Assembly: GCA_019056805.1 (NCBI GenBank) | Contig: DXJG01000002.1 | Coordinates: forward strand, 136,907-168,906 | Source of the DNA: Candidatus Baldrarchaeota archaeon | GTDB taxonomy: Archaea; Asgardarchaeota; Baldrarchaeia; Baldrarchaeales; DXJG01 | Reading direction: 5' to 3' | Length of the DNA stretch: 32,000 nucleotides | In this document: positions 9,770-18,594 of the stretch, piece by piece | Layout of the letters: each line of letters begins with the position of its first letter | How positions within the stretch are numbered: the stretch's first letter is position 1 | Notes under the pieces: generated by a model | Told to the model about the DNA's origin: nothing | The model's database searches: none | The model's input: the letters and a program-made list of their open reading frames with translations, nothing else | Position numbers and translations under genes: made by a program

Positions 9770-9830
9770 GGCCGATGACGACAATCCGGCAAGGAGGAAC
9801 ACATGACTGATCACAGTTACGCGCGAGGCC
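9770..9830 (+). ncRNA. Box C/D guide sRNA (candidate), LSU rRNA H69/H71 guides
   Basis: GGCC/GGCC terminal stem, C box ATGACGA 9775-9781, guide aatccggcaagg, D'-like AGGA 9795-9798, C'-like ATGACTG, guide tcacagttacg, D-like GCGA 9823-9826, then a T-run. Boxes are degenerate; first guide is complementary to CCUUGCCGGA (recalled archaeal H71). Confidence 0.6.
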
Positions 9831-9923
9831 TTTTAATATTTTACACATTTAATGGTTATTATACTTATTTTTGGTGTAGTGGATTTTGTTTCGGATGATG
9901 CCTGGTCTGGTGGAGGGTAGGCG

Positions 9924-10469
9924 TTGGGTTTTGATAAAAAGAGGAGGGTAAAATTTTTTTATGATGCTACAGCGAAGTTTTACAGGAAACGGTATTATGA
10001 TATTCAATTAATTAAGTATGGAATTATTCTTAAAAAAATAGATAATGGAAAGTTTTTAGTTATTGATGTGGGATGTGGCATTGGTTTTCTTTGTCATTTA
10101 CTCTCTTTAAAGGGATTTAGAGTTGTTGGTATTGACTTTTCAATTGAAATGCTCAGAGAAGCAAAAAAATCAAGGCAATTACCAAGCGTTTCTTTTCTAT
10201 GCTGTGATTCTGATTTTTTACCTTTCCGTAGTGATGTTTTTACCGGGGCTTTTAGTGTCACTTTACTTCAAAATCTACCTGATTCCACGTTATCATTAAG
10301 TGAAATGGTCAGAGTTTGTAAAAAGGAAAGTATATTATATCTATCGGTATTATCAAAATCTCTAGACACAAAGGATTTAAGGATTCTACTTTCAAAGGCT
10401 GGTTTGAAAGATGTTGAGGTTTGGGGGAGTTTTGGTAGCGAGGATATCTATGGATGCGGGAAAGTTTAA
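9924..10469 (+). CDS. Class I SAM-dependent methyltransferase (Methyltransf_11/25-like)
   Basis: VIDVGCGIG motif I, VVGIDFSIEML, CCDSDFLPF; TTG start after GGAGGG. Confidence 0.9.
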   Translation: MGFDKKRRVKFFYDATAKFYRKRYYDIQLIKYGIILKKIDNGKFLVIDVGCGIGFLCHLLSLKGFRVVGIDFSIEMLREAKKSRQLPSVSFLCCDSDFLPFRSDVFTGAFSVTLLQNLPDSTLSLSEMVRVCKKESILYLSVLSKSLDTKDLRILLSKAGLKDVEVWGSFGSEDIYGCGKV

Positions 10470-10577
10470 AAGATTATGTCAATATTCGACTTGAAATAAA
10501 GAGTATGTATGAATAGATAGCAAGGTTTTTATTGTTTGAGTTATACATTTTTTCGAGAATCAGGGGGCATGTGTTGC

Positions 10578-10823
10578 ATGGAAAAAGATCCACTTAAACT
10601 ACTGGCAAAATCAATAAACAATGTTGTTCTTGTTAAACTAAAAAACGGTTTAGAATATAAGGGCAGATTGATCGAAGTAGATAACTATATGAATTTGGTC
10701 CTTAGTAGTGCCGAAGAGGTTGAAGAAGGAGAACCCAAAGCTAAGTATGGAGAAATTTTCATTAGAGGAAATAATATACTATTTATTAAACCAGATATCA
10801 CTGAAACCGACTGGGAAGAATGA
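10578..10823 (+). CDS. Archaeal Sm/Lsm protein (SmAP)
   Basis: VLVKLKNGLEYKGRLIEVDNYMNLVL (Sm1) and IFIRGNNILFI (Sm2); start ATG 10578 (or 10569) rather than 10536. Confidence 0.95.
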   Translation: MEKDPLKLLAKSINNVVLVKLKNGLEYKGRLIEVDNYMNLVLSSAEEVEEGEPKAKYGEIFIRGNNILFIKPDITETDWEE

Positions 10824-10850
10824 AAATCCTGCTTTAGAGTATTTAGACGG

Positions 10851-12899
10851 TTACTCTGCTACTTTTCTCTCCATTCTATACTTTTCTAGAAGTCTCTCTA
10901 TTCTTTCTTCGAGTTCCTTTTTCTCCATTTCTGAATATTCTCTTAGTCGCTTTTCAATTATCTGTTCAAGCTCTTTTTTACTAATCGTTGCAAACTCGTC
11001 AACTCTTCTTATATTTACTTCTTCTACCGATAGTACCGGTATTTTTGCTTTGAAAAATTCTTTAAACGCCATATGACTCATTGGAGTCCCACATATTATT
11101 GCTTTTACACCCTTTTTAATTAACAATTTAGCTGTTGAAGGCCCTCCTCCACTTGCATCCAAGAGAAAGACAACGTCTCCTCTTTTTATACCAACTTCTC
11201 TTTCAGTATCCATTATTCCTTCATAAGAAAATCTTCTTATCACTTTTAATGGTATAGCCAAACCTCGTGTTTCCATAACTCTCATTCTAATTAGCTGAGC
11301 AATTTTCTCATTAAGTTTAGCTATTTCATTCTTTAAAATTAAGTTCTCTTTTCTCAGTCTCTCTATTTCACGTTCTCTAAGCGAAATTTCTCTCAATTTT
11401 TTAATTTCAATAGCTTGTTCAGAAGTTATTTTTTCAATGAATTCTTTAAGCTCCTGATTTTTCTTCTCCAGTTCAGAAACTTTTGTTTTTAATTTTTGAA
11501 TCTGTCCTTCTAATCTTTTAATCACTTTTTCTTTAACATGTAATTGTTCTTTTAAATCGAGAACCTCTGGACTTGGTTTCTTTTCAATTGGTTTCGTTGT
11601 TTCCTCTGGTTCAGGTTTCTTTCTCGTTTCTTCTATTTCCTGAACCACTTTATTGATAGCGTCCTTTATAGACATTCCCTGAATCACCAGGGTCTTTACG
11701 GGATCAACAGGTATATTAATTCCAAGTTCTCTTATATGGGCTTCCACCCGGGCGAGTTTGTTCTTTAAACTTTGGTATGCCTTTATTGCTGCTGCTAATG
11801 CATCTCGCTGATGTGAATCTAAAGATATTTCTTCTTGATTTATTTTTTTGAGATAATCTTGGACAAGTGTTCTTTTTTCAACTACTGTTAGTGGCTTTGA
11901 AGGTTGAAAAAGTTGTGAATTGAGCGTTTTCGCTAATTTTTCAACAAATTGAGGTACCTGTGTCACATCGGTTGCTATTACTGCTGGTACACCGTGTTTA
12001 GCTATCAATCTTATAATGTCTTTTCTCGTTAACTCTTTTGCACTCTTTACCTCTAATATATTGCCATCAATATCTAAAATAGCAACACCAGTTGTGACTC
12101 CGGGATCTACTCCAACTATAACGTATTTTATCTCTTTCATTTTTATATCGGAAGAATGTAAAGGCAAAAATTCTATGTGCCTTTTTTGTACAGGAGTTAC
12201 TTTTATTTGAATATCCTGACCTTTAACAGGTTTTACAAGATTTAATACAGTATCATAATTTGCGTAAACAGTAAACTTACTTCTCACAAACCCGTGTTCA
12301 GACTTCCTTATGTATAAATCAAAATCTAACCCATGCGTATTGAGCAGACTCTCTATTTGATGTGTTGTTCGCTGAACAAGTGCGTACAATCTTCTTCTAT
12401 ATCTATCTTGACTCCATCCTCCAGGCCCTAAACTTCTTCCTCTAGATACCGTTATTTGCGTCTCTTCTTCAAAAGCCGAAACTAAATATCCTACACCCTT
12501 AGCTGCAAGTAATGCTGAAGCTTCAGCTTCTTCTAATGGAGATGCTTTACTTGGAATATTTATATCATGCCTCTTAGCTAACCTATGTAAAGGCTCCATG
12601 CCGTGTAGTGGAGAACCAGTTACTTGAATTACTTTGGTTTTTGCTGGTATTTTTAACATAAAGTTTATTATGTATTTCTCCTCCGACCCTAGTTCAAAAA
12701 TATTATCAATGGCTATAATATCTGGTTTTATTTCATTAATTTTTTCTACAAGCTTATAGTAGCTTAGTTCTTCATATTTTTCAATAATTTTATTGTCTTG
12801 AAGAATTACAACTGCATATTTCGCTTGTCTTTTAGAAGATGGGGATCTCATTGGTAAAATATCAATCCCCATGATAATTTTATCTTCATTTTCCATCAA
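10851..12899 (-). CDS. DUF460 family protein (RNase H-like domains plus coiled coil)
   Basis: IMGIDI, IIAIDNIFEL, SRGRSLGPGGWSQDRYRR, IVGVDPGVTTGVAILD, SHQRDALAAAIKAY and a long coiled coil. Confidence 0.9.
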   Translation of the reverse strand: MMENEDKIIMGIDILPMRSPSSKRQAKYAVVILQDNKIIEKYEELSYYKLVEKINEIKPDIIAIDNIFELGSEEKYIINFMLKIPAKTKVIQVTGSPLHGMEPLHRLAKRHDINIPSKASPLEEAEASALLAAKGVGYLVSAFEEETQITVSRGRSLGPGGWSQDRYRRRLYALVQRTTHQIESLLNTHGLDFDLYIRKSEHGFVRSKFTVYANYDTVLNLVKPVKGQDIQIKVTPVQKRHIEFLPLHSSDIKMKEIKYVIVGVDPGVTTGVAILDIDGNILEVKSAKELTRKDIIRLIAKHGVPAVIATDVTQVPQFVEKLAKTLNSQLFQPSKPLTVVEKRTLVQDYLKKINQEEISLDSHQRDALAAAIKAYQSLKNKLARVEAHIRELGINIPVDPVKTLVIQGMSIKDAINKVVQEIEETRKKPEPEETTKPIEKKPSPEVLDLKEQLHVKEKVIKRLEGQIQKLKTKVSELEKKNQELKEFIEKITSEQAIEIKKLREISLREREIERLRKENLILKNEIAKLNEKIAQLIRMRVMETRGLAIPLKVIRRFSYEGIMDTEREVGIKRGDVVFLLDASGGGPSTAKLLIKKGVKAIICGTPMSHMAFKEFFKAKIPVLSVEEVNIRRVDEFATISKKELEQIIEKRLREYSEMEKKELEERIERLLEKYRMERKVAE

Positions 12900-13416
12900 A
12901 AACCACCGAAGATATCCAGTAAAAACGCCATTTTTTTATTATTTATAATTTACGCTACAAGATAAAGGCTTTGGATAAATTCTTATGACTTTTCTACGAA
13001 AGTTTAGCATTAAAATATTTGGACGTATACTAATAGAATTTAAAAGTCACTTACTATTAATATTTACACCTACCCCATAAGTTCTTTATATCCATTAAAA
13101 TTCGATATTCACTCATCAAATAGCTACTTTTTTAAGAGAATACATGGAGCGGCAAAGGTTTTACAGAACATTTAAATTTATCTAAAAACTCATCTTTAAA
13201 ACAATATTACTATCTTTAGGCAACACACAAAACATCAAGCTATCAACATTTTTACATTAAGAAAAAATGTTAATATTATATATAATATTTTGTTGTTCTA
13301 AATCATATTTTTTGTTTAATTGAAAAAATATGATTGATAGATAAAAAAGATAAATTTATAAGTTTTCACTTAGAAAAATAATCCTAACAAAACAAAATAC
13401 ACAAGGTGATTAATAG

Positions 13417-13692
13417 ATGCAAGAACTCGTTGTGGAAGACGAAAACGTGGCAAAAATAGCAAAGGCACTAGCATCAAAAACACGCTGGCAAATCCTCAAA
13501 CTACTCAAAGAGAAAAAAATGGACGTCAGCAGAATCGCTGAAGTACTAAACCAAACAGAAGCAAACATATCGGCGCAAGTTAAAATTCTTGAAAAGGCTG
13601 GTTTGATTAGGAGTAAGTATGAGCCTGGTGAGCATGGTGTGAGGAAAGTCTGTGAACCTGCAGTTGAAAAGATAATTATCAAAATAAAATGA
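13417..13692 (+). CDS. ArsR/SmtB-like winged-helix regulator
   Basis: AKALASKTRWQILKLL...DVSRIAEVLNQTEANISAQVKILEKAGLI; AGGTGA RBS upstream. Confidence 0.9.
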   Translation: MQELVVEDENVAKIAKALASKTRWQILKLLKEKKMDVSRIAEVLNQTEANISAQVKILEKAGLIRSKYEPGEHGVRKVCEPAVEKIIIKIK

Positions 13693-13798
13693 ACTATTTC
13701 TGTTTTCTTCCCTAAAATTTGATGTACTTTTCTGTTTTCTAATTTTAATAGGATAGTATAGATTTATGAACCTACACAGAAGGGATGGTTATCAAAAT

Positions 13799-15325
13799 TT
13801 AGGTATATTGTTTTTCAAACTTTTTCGCTGCGTCTTCTAAATTTAATGCATGTTTTGGCTCTTTGCTTCTTCGTTTTCTAATTTTGATAAATAAGGGGAA
13901 ATTTACAGCTTCGCCTACAATTAACGCTTCGCCTACATTGAGTGTTGTAATTACATCTAGCACAGTCCTATCTATTCCTTCGCTGCTTTCACCTATGTGT
14001 TTTAAATCGTAGGGATTTGTAATACGAAGGATTATATGAGTATTGCATTGTGATAATACTGTTGTTGATAACTTCACTGGTCTTTGACTTATTAAACAAA
14101 GGGATGCGAAGAATTTTCTGCCTTCTCTAGCAATGGTTTCTATGATGCTTTTAGATATTGCGAGTTCTCTTCTTGCTTCGGGACAAAATTGGTGAGCTTC
14201 CTCCAAAATTAATACGAACGGTGGAATTTTTTCTTGTTTACGCAAGTCAAAAAGCCTTCTTGCCACGTATGAAACCAAAATTTGTTTTTTCCTTAAACTT
14301 ATGATCTCACTAAGATCAATTATTGCAGCATGTCCCGGTTTCACAATTTTATCCAAGTTTGGTGACTCCACTGGTCCAAAAAGCCCAGTTTCCTCTAAAT
14401 CATACAACCATCCAAGCAACGCTTCTTTTGTTCTTATATTCATCTTTTCATCTTGTTCTATCTCTCTAATAACATCTTGAAGAGAATAAGGAATTCCAGT
14501 TTCATACATTTTTCTTTTTAGATTTTTTAAAACTCTTCCTAACTCTCTGATTTGAATCGGTGAAATCTGTGGCTGAAATTCTCCAAACATTCTTTCACTT
14601 ATTTGAGGAACAGCTATCTGGAAGAAGGAAGTCTTAAAAACCGAAACTCTATCCGAAAAATCTACATATCCACTGCTTTCAACTTTTTCAGCAAGAGAAA
14701 CATATTCGCCATGTACATCTACAATTACAACCGCAACTCTTCCTTTTGCAGGGCTACGTAATAATAGCTCTTCAGTTAAAACAGACGCTAGATACGATTT
14801 TCCGGCTCCTGAAATTGCAAGGATAGCTACATGTTTTTGAAGTAATCTTGTAAGATTTAATCTTGCTGGTATATTATGATAACGGACTGTACCAAGCTCT
14901 ATCCCATTTTCTATATCTAGCCCCAGAAAATTTGCTAATGTATCTTGACTTGCAAGTCTAACCTTTTCTCCTGGAGACGGGGGGAAGGTAACTCTTTCCA
15001 GTTGTCCATTTATACTTATTGCAAGCGGTTTTGCTTTAGCAATAATATATTCCCATTTATCGACAGGAAAAATTGTGGTTAGCGGTTTACCACCTCTTTC
15101 ATATTCTCTAACTGCTTCGGCGTGCATAAAATATCTATTAGTTTTCATGATTTCGGTTACTTGAGCAATTAGTTTTCCTTCTTCAGTACTAACTTCAACA
15201 AACTGACCAGTTCTAACGGGTACTGATAACGATGTATTTGTGACCACAAAGTCGAATTCAAATGCACTTGGGCCACTACTGGTACATATTACTGTTCCGA
15301 CTTCTCTTTCCACCGATACCCCCAT
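13799..15325 (-). CDS. herA: HerA-family bipolar helicase/ATPase
   Basis: N-terminal HAS-barrel-like region, Walker A ISGAGKS, VDVHGEY, Walker B LILEEAH, AREGRKF, SQRP; start probably ATG 15325 (track start 15391 is an extension). Confidence 0.9.
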   Translation of the reverse strand: MGVSVEREVGTVICTSSGPSAFEFDFVVTNTSLSVPVRTGQFVEVSTEEGKLIAQVTEIMKTNRYFMHAEAVREYERGGKPLTTIFPVDKWEYIIAKAKPLAISINGQLERVTFPPSPGEKVRLASQDTLANFLGLDIENGIELGTVRYHNIPARLNLTRLLQKHVAILAISGAGKSYLASVLTEELLLRSPAKGRVAVVIVDVHGEYVSLAEKVESSGYVDFSDRVSVFKTSFFQIAVPQISERMFGEFQPQISPIQIRELGRVLKNLKRKMYETGIPYSLQDVIREIEQDEKMNIRTKEALLGWLYDLEETGLFGPVESPNLDKIVKPGHAAIIDLSEIISLRKKQILVSYVARRLFDLRKQEKIPPFVLILEEAHQFCPEARRELAISKSIIETIAREGRKFFASLCLISQRPVKLSTTVLSQCNTHIILRITNPYDLKHIGESSEGIDRTVLDVITTLNVGEALIVGEAVNFPLFIKIRKRRSKEPKHALNLEDAAKKFEKQYT

Positions 15326-15414
15326 GTTTTTAAAATTAAAACAATATAAAATTCTTTCCTCTCTGCTTTCTCGGCAAAACATTAAAAGCACTAAATATAC
15401 TATTTGATTCTAAA

Positions 15415-16575
15415 TTAAAAAGGTCTTCTATCACGTCTAAGCTTTAGTAGTGAAGGCAGGAATCCAACAGCATGAACTAAACTATCATAGATAATTTCAA
15501 GGTCAGATTCGAGGAGTCTTGCTCTTGCATCAGCCTCAATTATAACTGAAGGTGTCGCATATTCTGAGTGATAACTTGAAAGGGGATAAATTATTGAGGC
15601 CAGTCTATTTGCAAGGTTTATCGGATTATCTCTAAATGTTAAGAATTCTATACGAATAGGAATATCAAATTCTACAGTTTTGAGATAAAACACGTTAATC
15701 GGCTTGGTCCAACCTTTCTCTTCCAAATCTCTTAGAATGAGATGTTCTTGCGGCTTTTCAGAATAGGAAAACACTAATGTTCTCTCACCCACATCTAAAA
15801 ATCTAAATAAAAAATCTGAGTCTCTCATTAACTTCAATACTTGTCTATAATCAAAATTTAATAGGTTTTTTAGTTCTGAATATCTATAAATTAGATGAGG
15901 AAGTAGTCTGTTTAGGATTTGTATAAACCTTGTACTTCTGCTATCCTCAATTACACCTGCCAAGATAGTATTTGTTTCTATGGACTTTTCATACAATTTT
16001 ATATACAAATCAAGAATTTGTTCATATTTTTTAATTAAAAGTGAAGTTGAAACATGTGGTTTATCAGTAATTTGTGGAATAAGTGATCCGTTAAGAAGAA
16101 TGGCATCAACACTATATTCGTCTTGGACTTTAATAGCAACTTCCAACTCAGTTTTGAGTCTTTCTAAATTTGCATTTATTTCCGAGTTAATTTTATTTAA
16201 CGGGGTAATATTAATAATTATTTTTGGTTCAGGGAATTTATCCGGAAAATAGTCAACGTTAGGGCCTTCTTCTGATTCATACCTAAAAATAGCTGCTACT
16301 GCTCTAGTAATTATCAAATCAGCGCATTGCAATGACCGATTAAGAACACCGCCATCAATCCCAGCTACACATAAACCCCTAAGATTAGTAGGAGTTACAT
16401 TATAAGCAAGTTTATCTTCTAGTAGGTCTAATCTACCAACCTTAGGTAAAGAAGAAAAGTCTGCCTTTGTTTTTATTGATCGAAGAATTTTACTAAATAA
16501 ATCTTTATGTTCTTCAATTTTTACGAGATCTTTTACAACATTTCTCATTTGTCTTTGCAAATCAAACATTAACAT
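15415..16575 (-). CDS. nurA: NurA 5'-3' nuclease
   Basis: VAGIDGG, LLNGSL, AGVIEDSRS, YATPSVIIEADARAR; directly upstream of herA. Confidence 0.88.
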   Translation of the reverse strand: MLMFDLQRQMRNVVKDLVKIEEHKDLFSKILRSIKTKADFSSLPKVGRLDLLEDKLAYNVTPTNLRGLCVAGIDGGVLNRSLQCADLIITRAVAAIFRYESEEGPNVDYFPDKFPEPKIIINITPLNKINSEINANLERLKTELEVAIKVQDEYSVDAILLNGSLIPQITDKPHVSTSLLIKKYEQILDLYIKLYEKSIETNTILAGVIEDSRSTRFIQILNRLLPHLIYRYSELKNLLNFDYRQVLKLMRDSDFLFRFLDVGERTLVFSYSEKPQEHLILRDLEEKGWTKPINVFYLKTVEFDIPIRIEFLTFRDNPINLANRLASIIYPLSSYHSEYATPSVIIEADARARLLESDLEIIYDSLVHAVGFLPSLLKLRRDRRPF

Positions 16576-16580
16576 TTACC

Positions 16581-18265
16581 TCAGCATCTATTTCTTTTAT
16601 GCTTTAACGCTTCTCTGACGAAGGCAACATATATCGGAGACGGCCTATTAGGTCGACTCTTAAATTCAGGGTGAAACTGGACTCCTACAATCCATGCGTT
16701 ATTTGCAAGTTCTATTGCATTCACAATGTTACCCGTTTCATCATACGCTGAAATAACCAGATTTTTATTCTCTGCTTTTTCTGCATATTCTTTTATAATG
16801 TGATATCTGTGTCTAAATCTCTCCACAACTACTTCTTTTCCATAAGCTTCAAAAAGCTTAGTTCCCCTTTTTATGTAGATTTTATGGCCGCCCAACCGCA
16901 TGGTTCCACCTTTCGCTTCTATCTTACGTTGTTCTGGAAGCATATCAACTACGGGATGTGGTGTATTGGGATCTATCTCCGTGCTATTTGCATCTTTTAA
17001 TCCAAGCATTCTTCTACAAAATGCAATAAATAAAAGCTGAGCACCGAAACAAATTCCTAAAAACGGCTTTCCCTTAAGTATGGCATAGTCGGCTGTTGCA
17101 ATCATGCCCTCCACACCCCTCTTACCGAAACCAGGTGTAAGAAGAATACCGTCAAAATTATCCAACATACTTATTTTTTCCGGATTTTCTTCAAATACTT
17201 CTGTTTCAATCCATTCAAGTAACACTTTTACTCCTAGGTGTGCACCTGCATGTTTTAAAGCCTCATTTATTGAAATATAACTATCAATAATAGCTGTATA
17301 TTTGCCAGGCATTGCTATTTTTACGGTTTCGTTGTACGTTTTGAATTTTTCTACGACTTGTTTCCAGCTTTCAAGCGAAGGAGTACGATTTTGGAGATTT
17401 AAAATTCTAGATAAATATTCTCCAAGCCCCTGTTCCTCAAAAAGAAGCGGTAATTCGTAAATACAATCAGTATCAGGGTTTGAAATTACAGCTTCAACGG
17501 GTACATTACAATATAGACTAATTTTTTCTCTTATTTTTTGATCAAGAGGAATTTCAGCCCTACCAACAATAACATCAGGTTGAAGTCCCATGCCTTGGAG
17601 AACTTTAACACTATGTTGAGTAGGTTTTGTTTTGAGTTCTCTAACAGTCTTAAGGAATGGGAGAAGAGTAACATGTACTAATGCGGTATTTTCTCTAGGT
17701 TCTTCTAATCGAAATTGTCTTATAGCTTCGAGAAAAGGCATGGCTTCTATATCTCCTACAGTCCCCCCTACCTCAACAATCAATATATCTGGATTCTCTC
17801 TCTTAGCAACTTCCCTAATCCTGTTTTTTATTTCATCGGTAATATGTGGTATTATTTGAACAGTTTTACCAAGATATTCTCCAACTCTTTCACGAAGAAT
17901 AACCGATAAGTAAACCTGTCCACTAGTAATATTATTGCATGGATGAATATTTTTATCTAAAAATCTTTCATAAGTCCCAAAATCTTGATCAATTTCGGAT
18001 ATTCTAAATTTAAAACCATCAGCTGGTGTGAATTCCCAAACATCTTCAGTTACAAAAACCTCCCCATGTTCGATTGGATTAAGAGTACCTGGGTCAACAT
18101 TCAAATTCCCCCACGGCTAGAAATACTCTAGCCGCGTTAGGGGTCGATTTTTATAGCATCAACACTAAACCCTCTAAATTGGAAAAGTTTGGCAATCGAA
18201 GCAACAGTAACACCCTTACCAATACCAGACATAACTCCTCCTGTTATAAATATGTATTTTGTCAA
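16581..18265 (-). CDS. pyrG: CTP synthase, two exons (18265-18138 and 18105-16581), 550 aa after splicing
   Basis: Exon 1 from TTG 18265 (GAGGTG RBS): [42 protein letters not shown] plus UA; exon 2 U plus [18 protein letters not shown]..., [10 protein letters not shown], glutaminase FLGICFG and QFHPEF. The ORF track starts at 18104 and misses exon 1. Confidence 0.97.
18106..18137 (-). other. 32-nt bulge-helix-bulge (BHB) mRNA intron in pyrG
   Basis: Minus strand: UCGA-CCCC-UA|A-CGCGGCUAGA-GUAUU-UCUAGCCGUG-GGGG-AA|U-UUGA. 4-bp CCCC/GGGG central helix, two 3-nt bulges, 10-bp intron stem, 4-bp exon helix; splicing yields GAC CCC UAU UUG AAU (DPYLN). Confidence 0.93.
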
Positions 18266-18376
18266 TTTTTAACACCTCACAAATAAACAAATTAAAATAT
18301 TTTTCATGATATAATGTGATATTTTGGTAACTTTAAAATTTCGTTAAATTTCATCGATGTTTTGTTTTGCGATAGA

Positions 18377-18385
18377 TATTTTAAG
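18377..18385 (+). promoter_or_regulatory. Putative TATA box for the 18407 sRNA
   Basis: TATTTTAAG about 22-30 nt upstream of the predicted 5' end. Confidence 0.45.
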
Positions 18386-18406
18386 CTAATGGAGATTTGT
18401 TAATAT

Positions 18407-18483
18407 TGCGGGATGATATTACGACGGTCTCATGAGCTTTCATTGTTTCTTAGCAAGGATGAGAAATGGGCAGCATGACCGCA
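18407..18483 (+). ncRNA. Box C/D guide sRNA, predicted 2'-O-methylation of LSU C2590-equivalent
   Basis: TGCGG/CCGCA terminal stem; C-like ATGATAT 18413-18419; guide ttacgacggtct 18419-18430; D' ATGA 18432-18435; C' ATGAGAA 18459-18465; D ATGA 18475-18478. Guide pairs over 12 nt (one G-U) with recalled LSU AGACCGUCGUGA. Confidence 0.82.
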
Positions 18484-18594
18484 CTAAATACTACTTTTTA
18501 AATTTTGAATGCTCTTATGCAAAAAGAAGTAACCTATAAAAAGGCGGTTACTAAAATTTTACGATAAAATTTGAGATGGGTAATATTTGATAGG

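Noticed and set aside
9727-9814. Alternative longer C/D RNA using ATGATAA 9735, CTGA 9757, ATGACGA 9775 and CTGA 9807 with a TGTGA/TCACA stem
   Set aside because: Boxes look more canonical but spacers are 15 and 25 nt and I recognise no rRNA target for the guides at those boxes; the 9770-9830 reading gives rRNA-complementary guides. Needs RACE to exclude.
18102-18104. TTG 18104 as the pyrG start, or pyrG as a frameshifted pseudogene
   Set aside because: This start omits the conserved first 43 residues, which are intact upstream with an RBS; the interruption is a precise BHB whose removal restores the frame.
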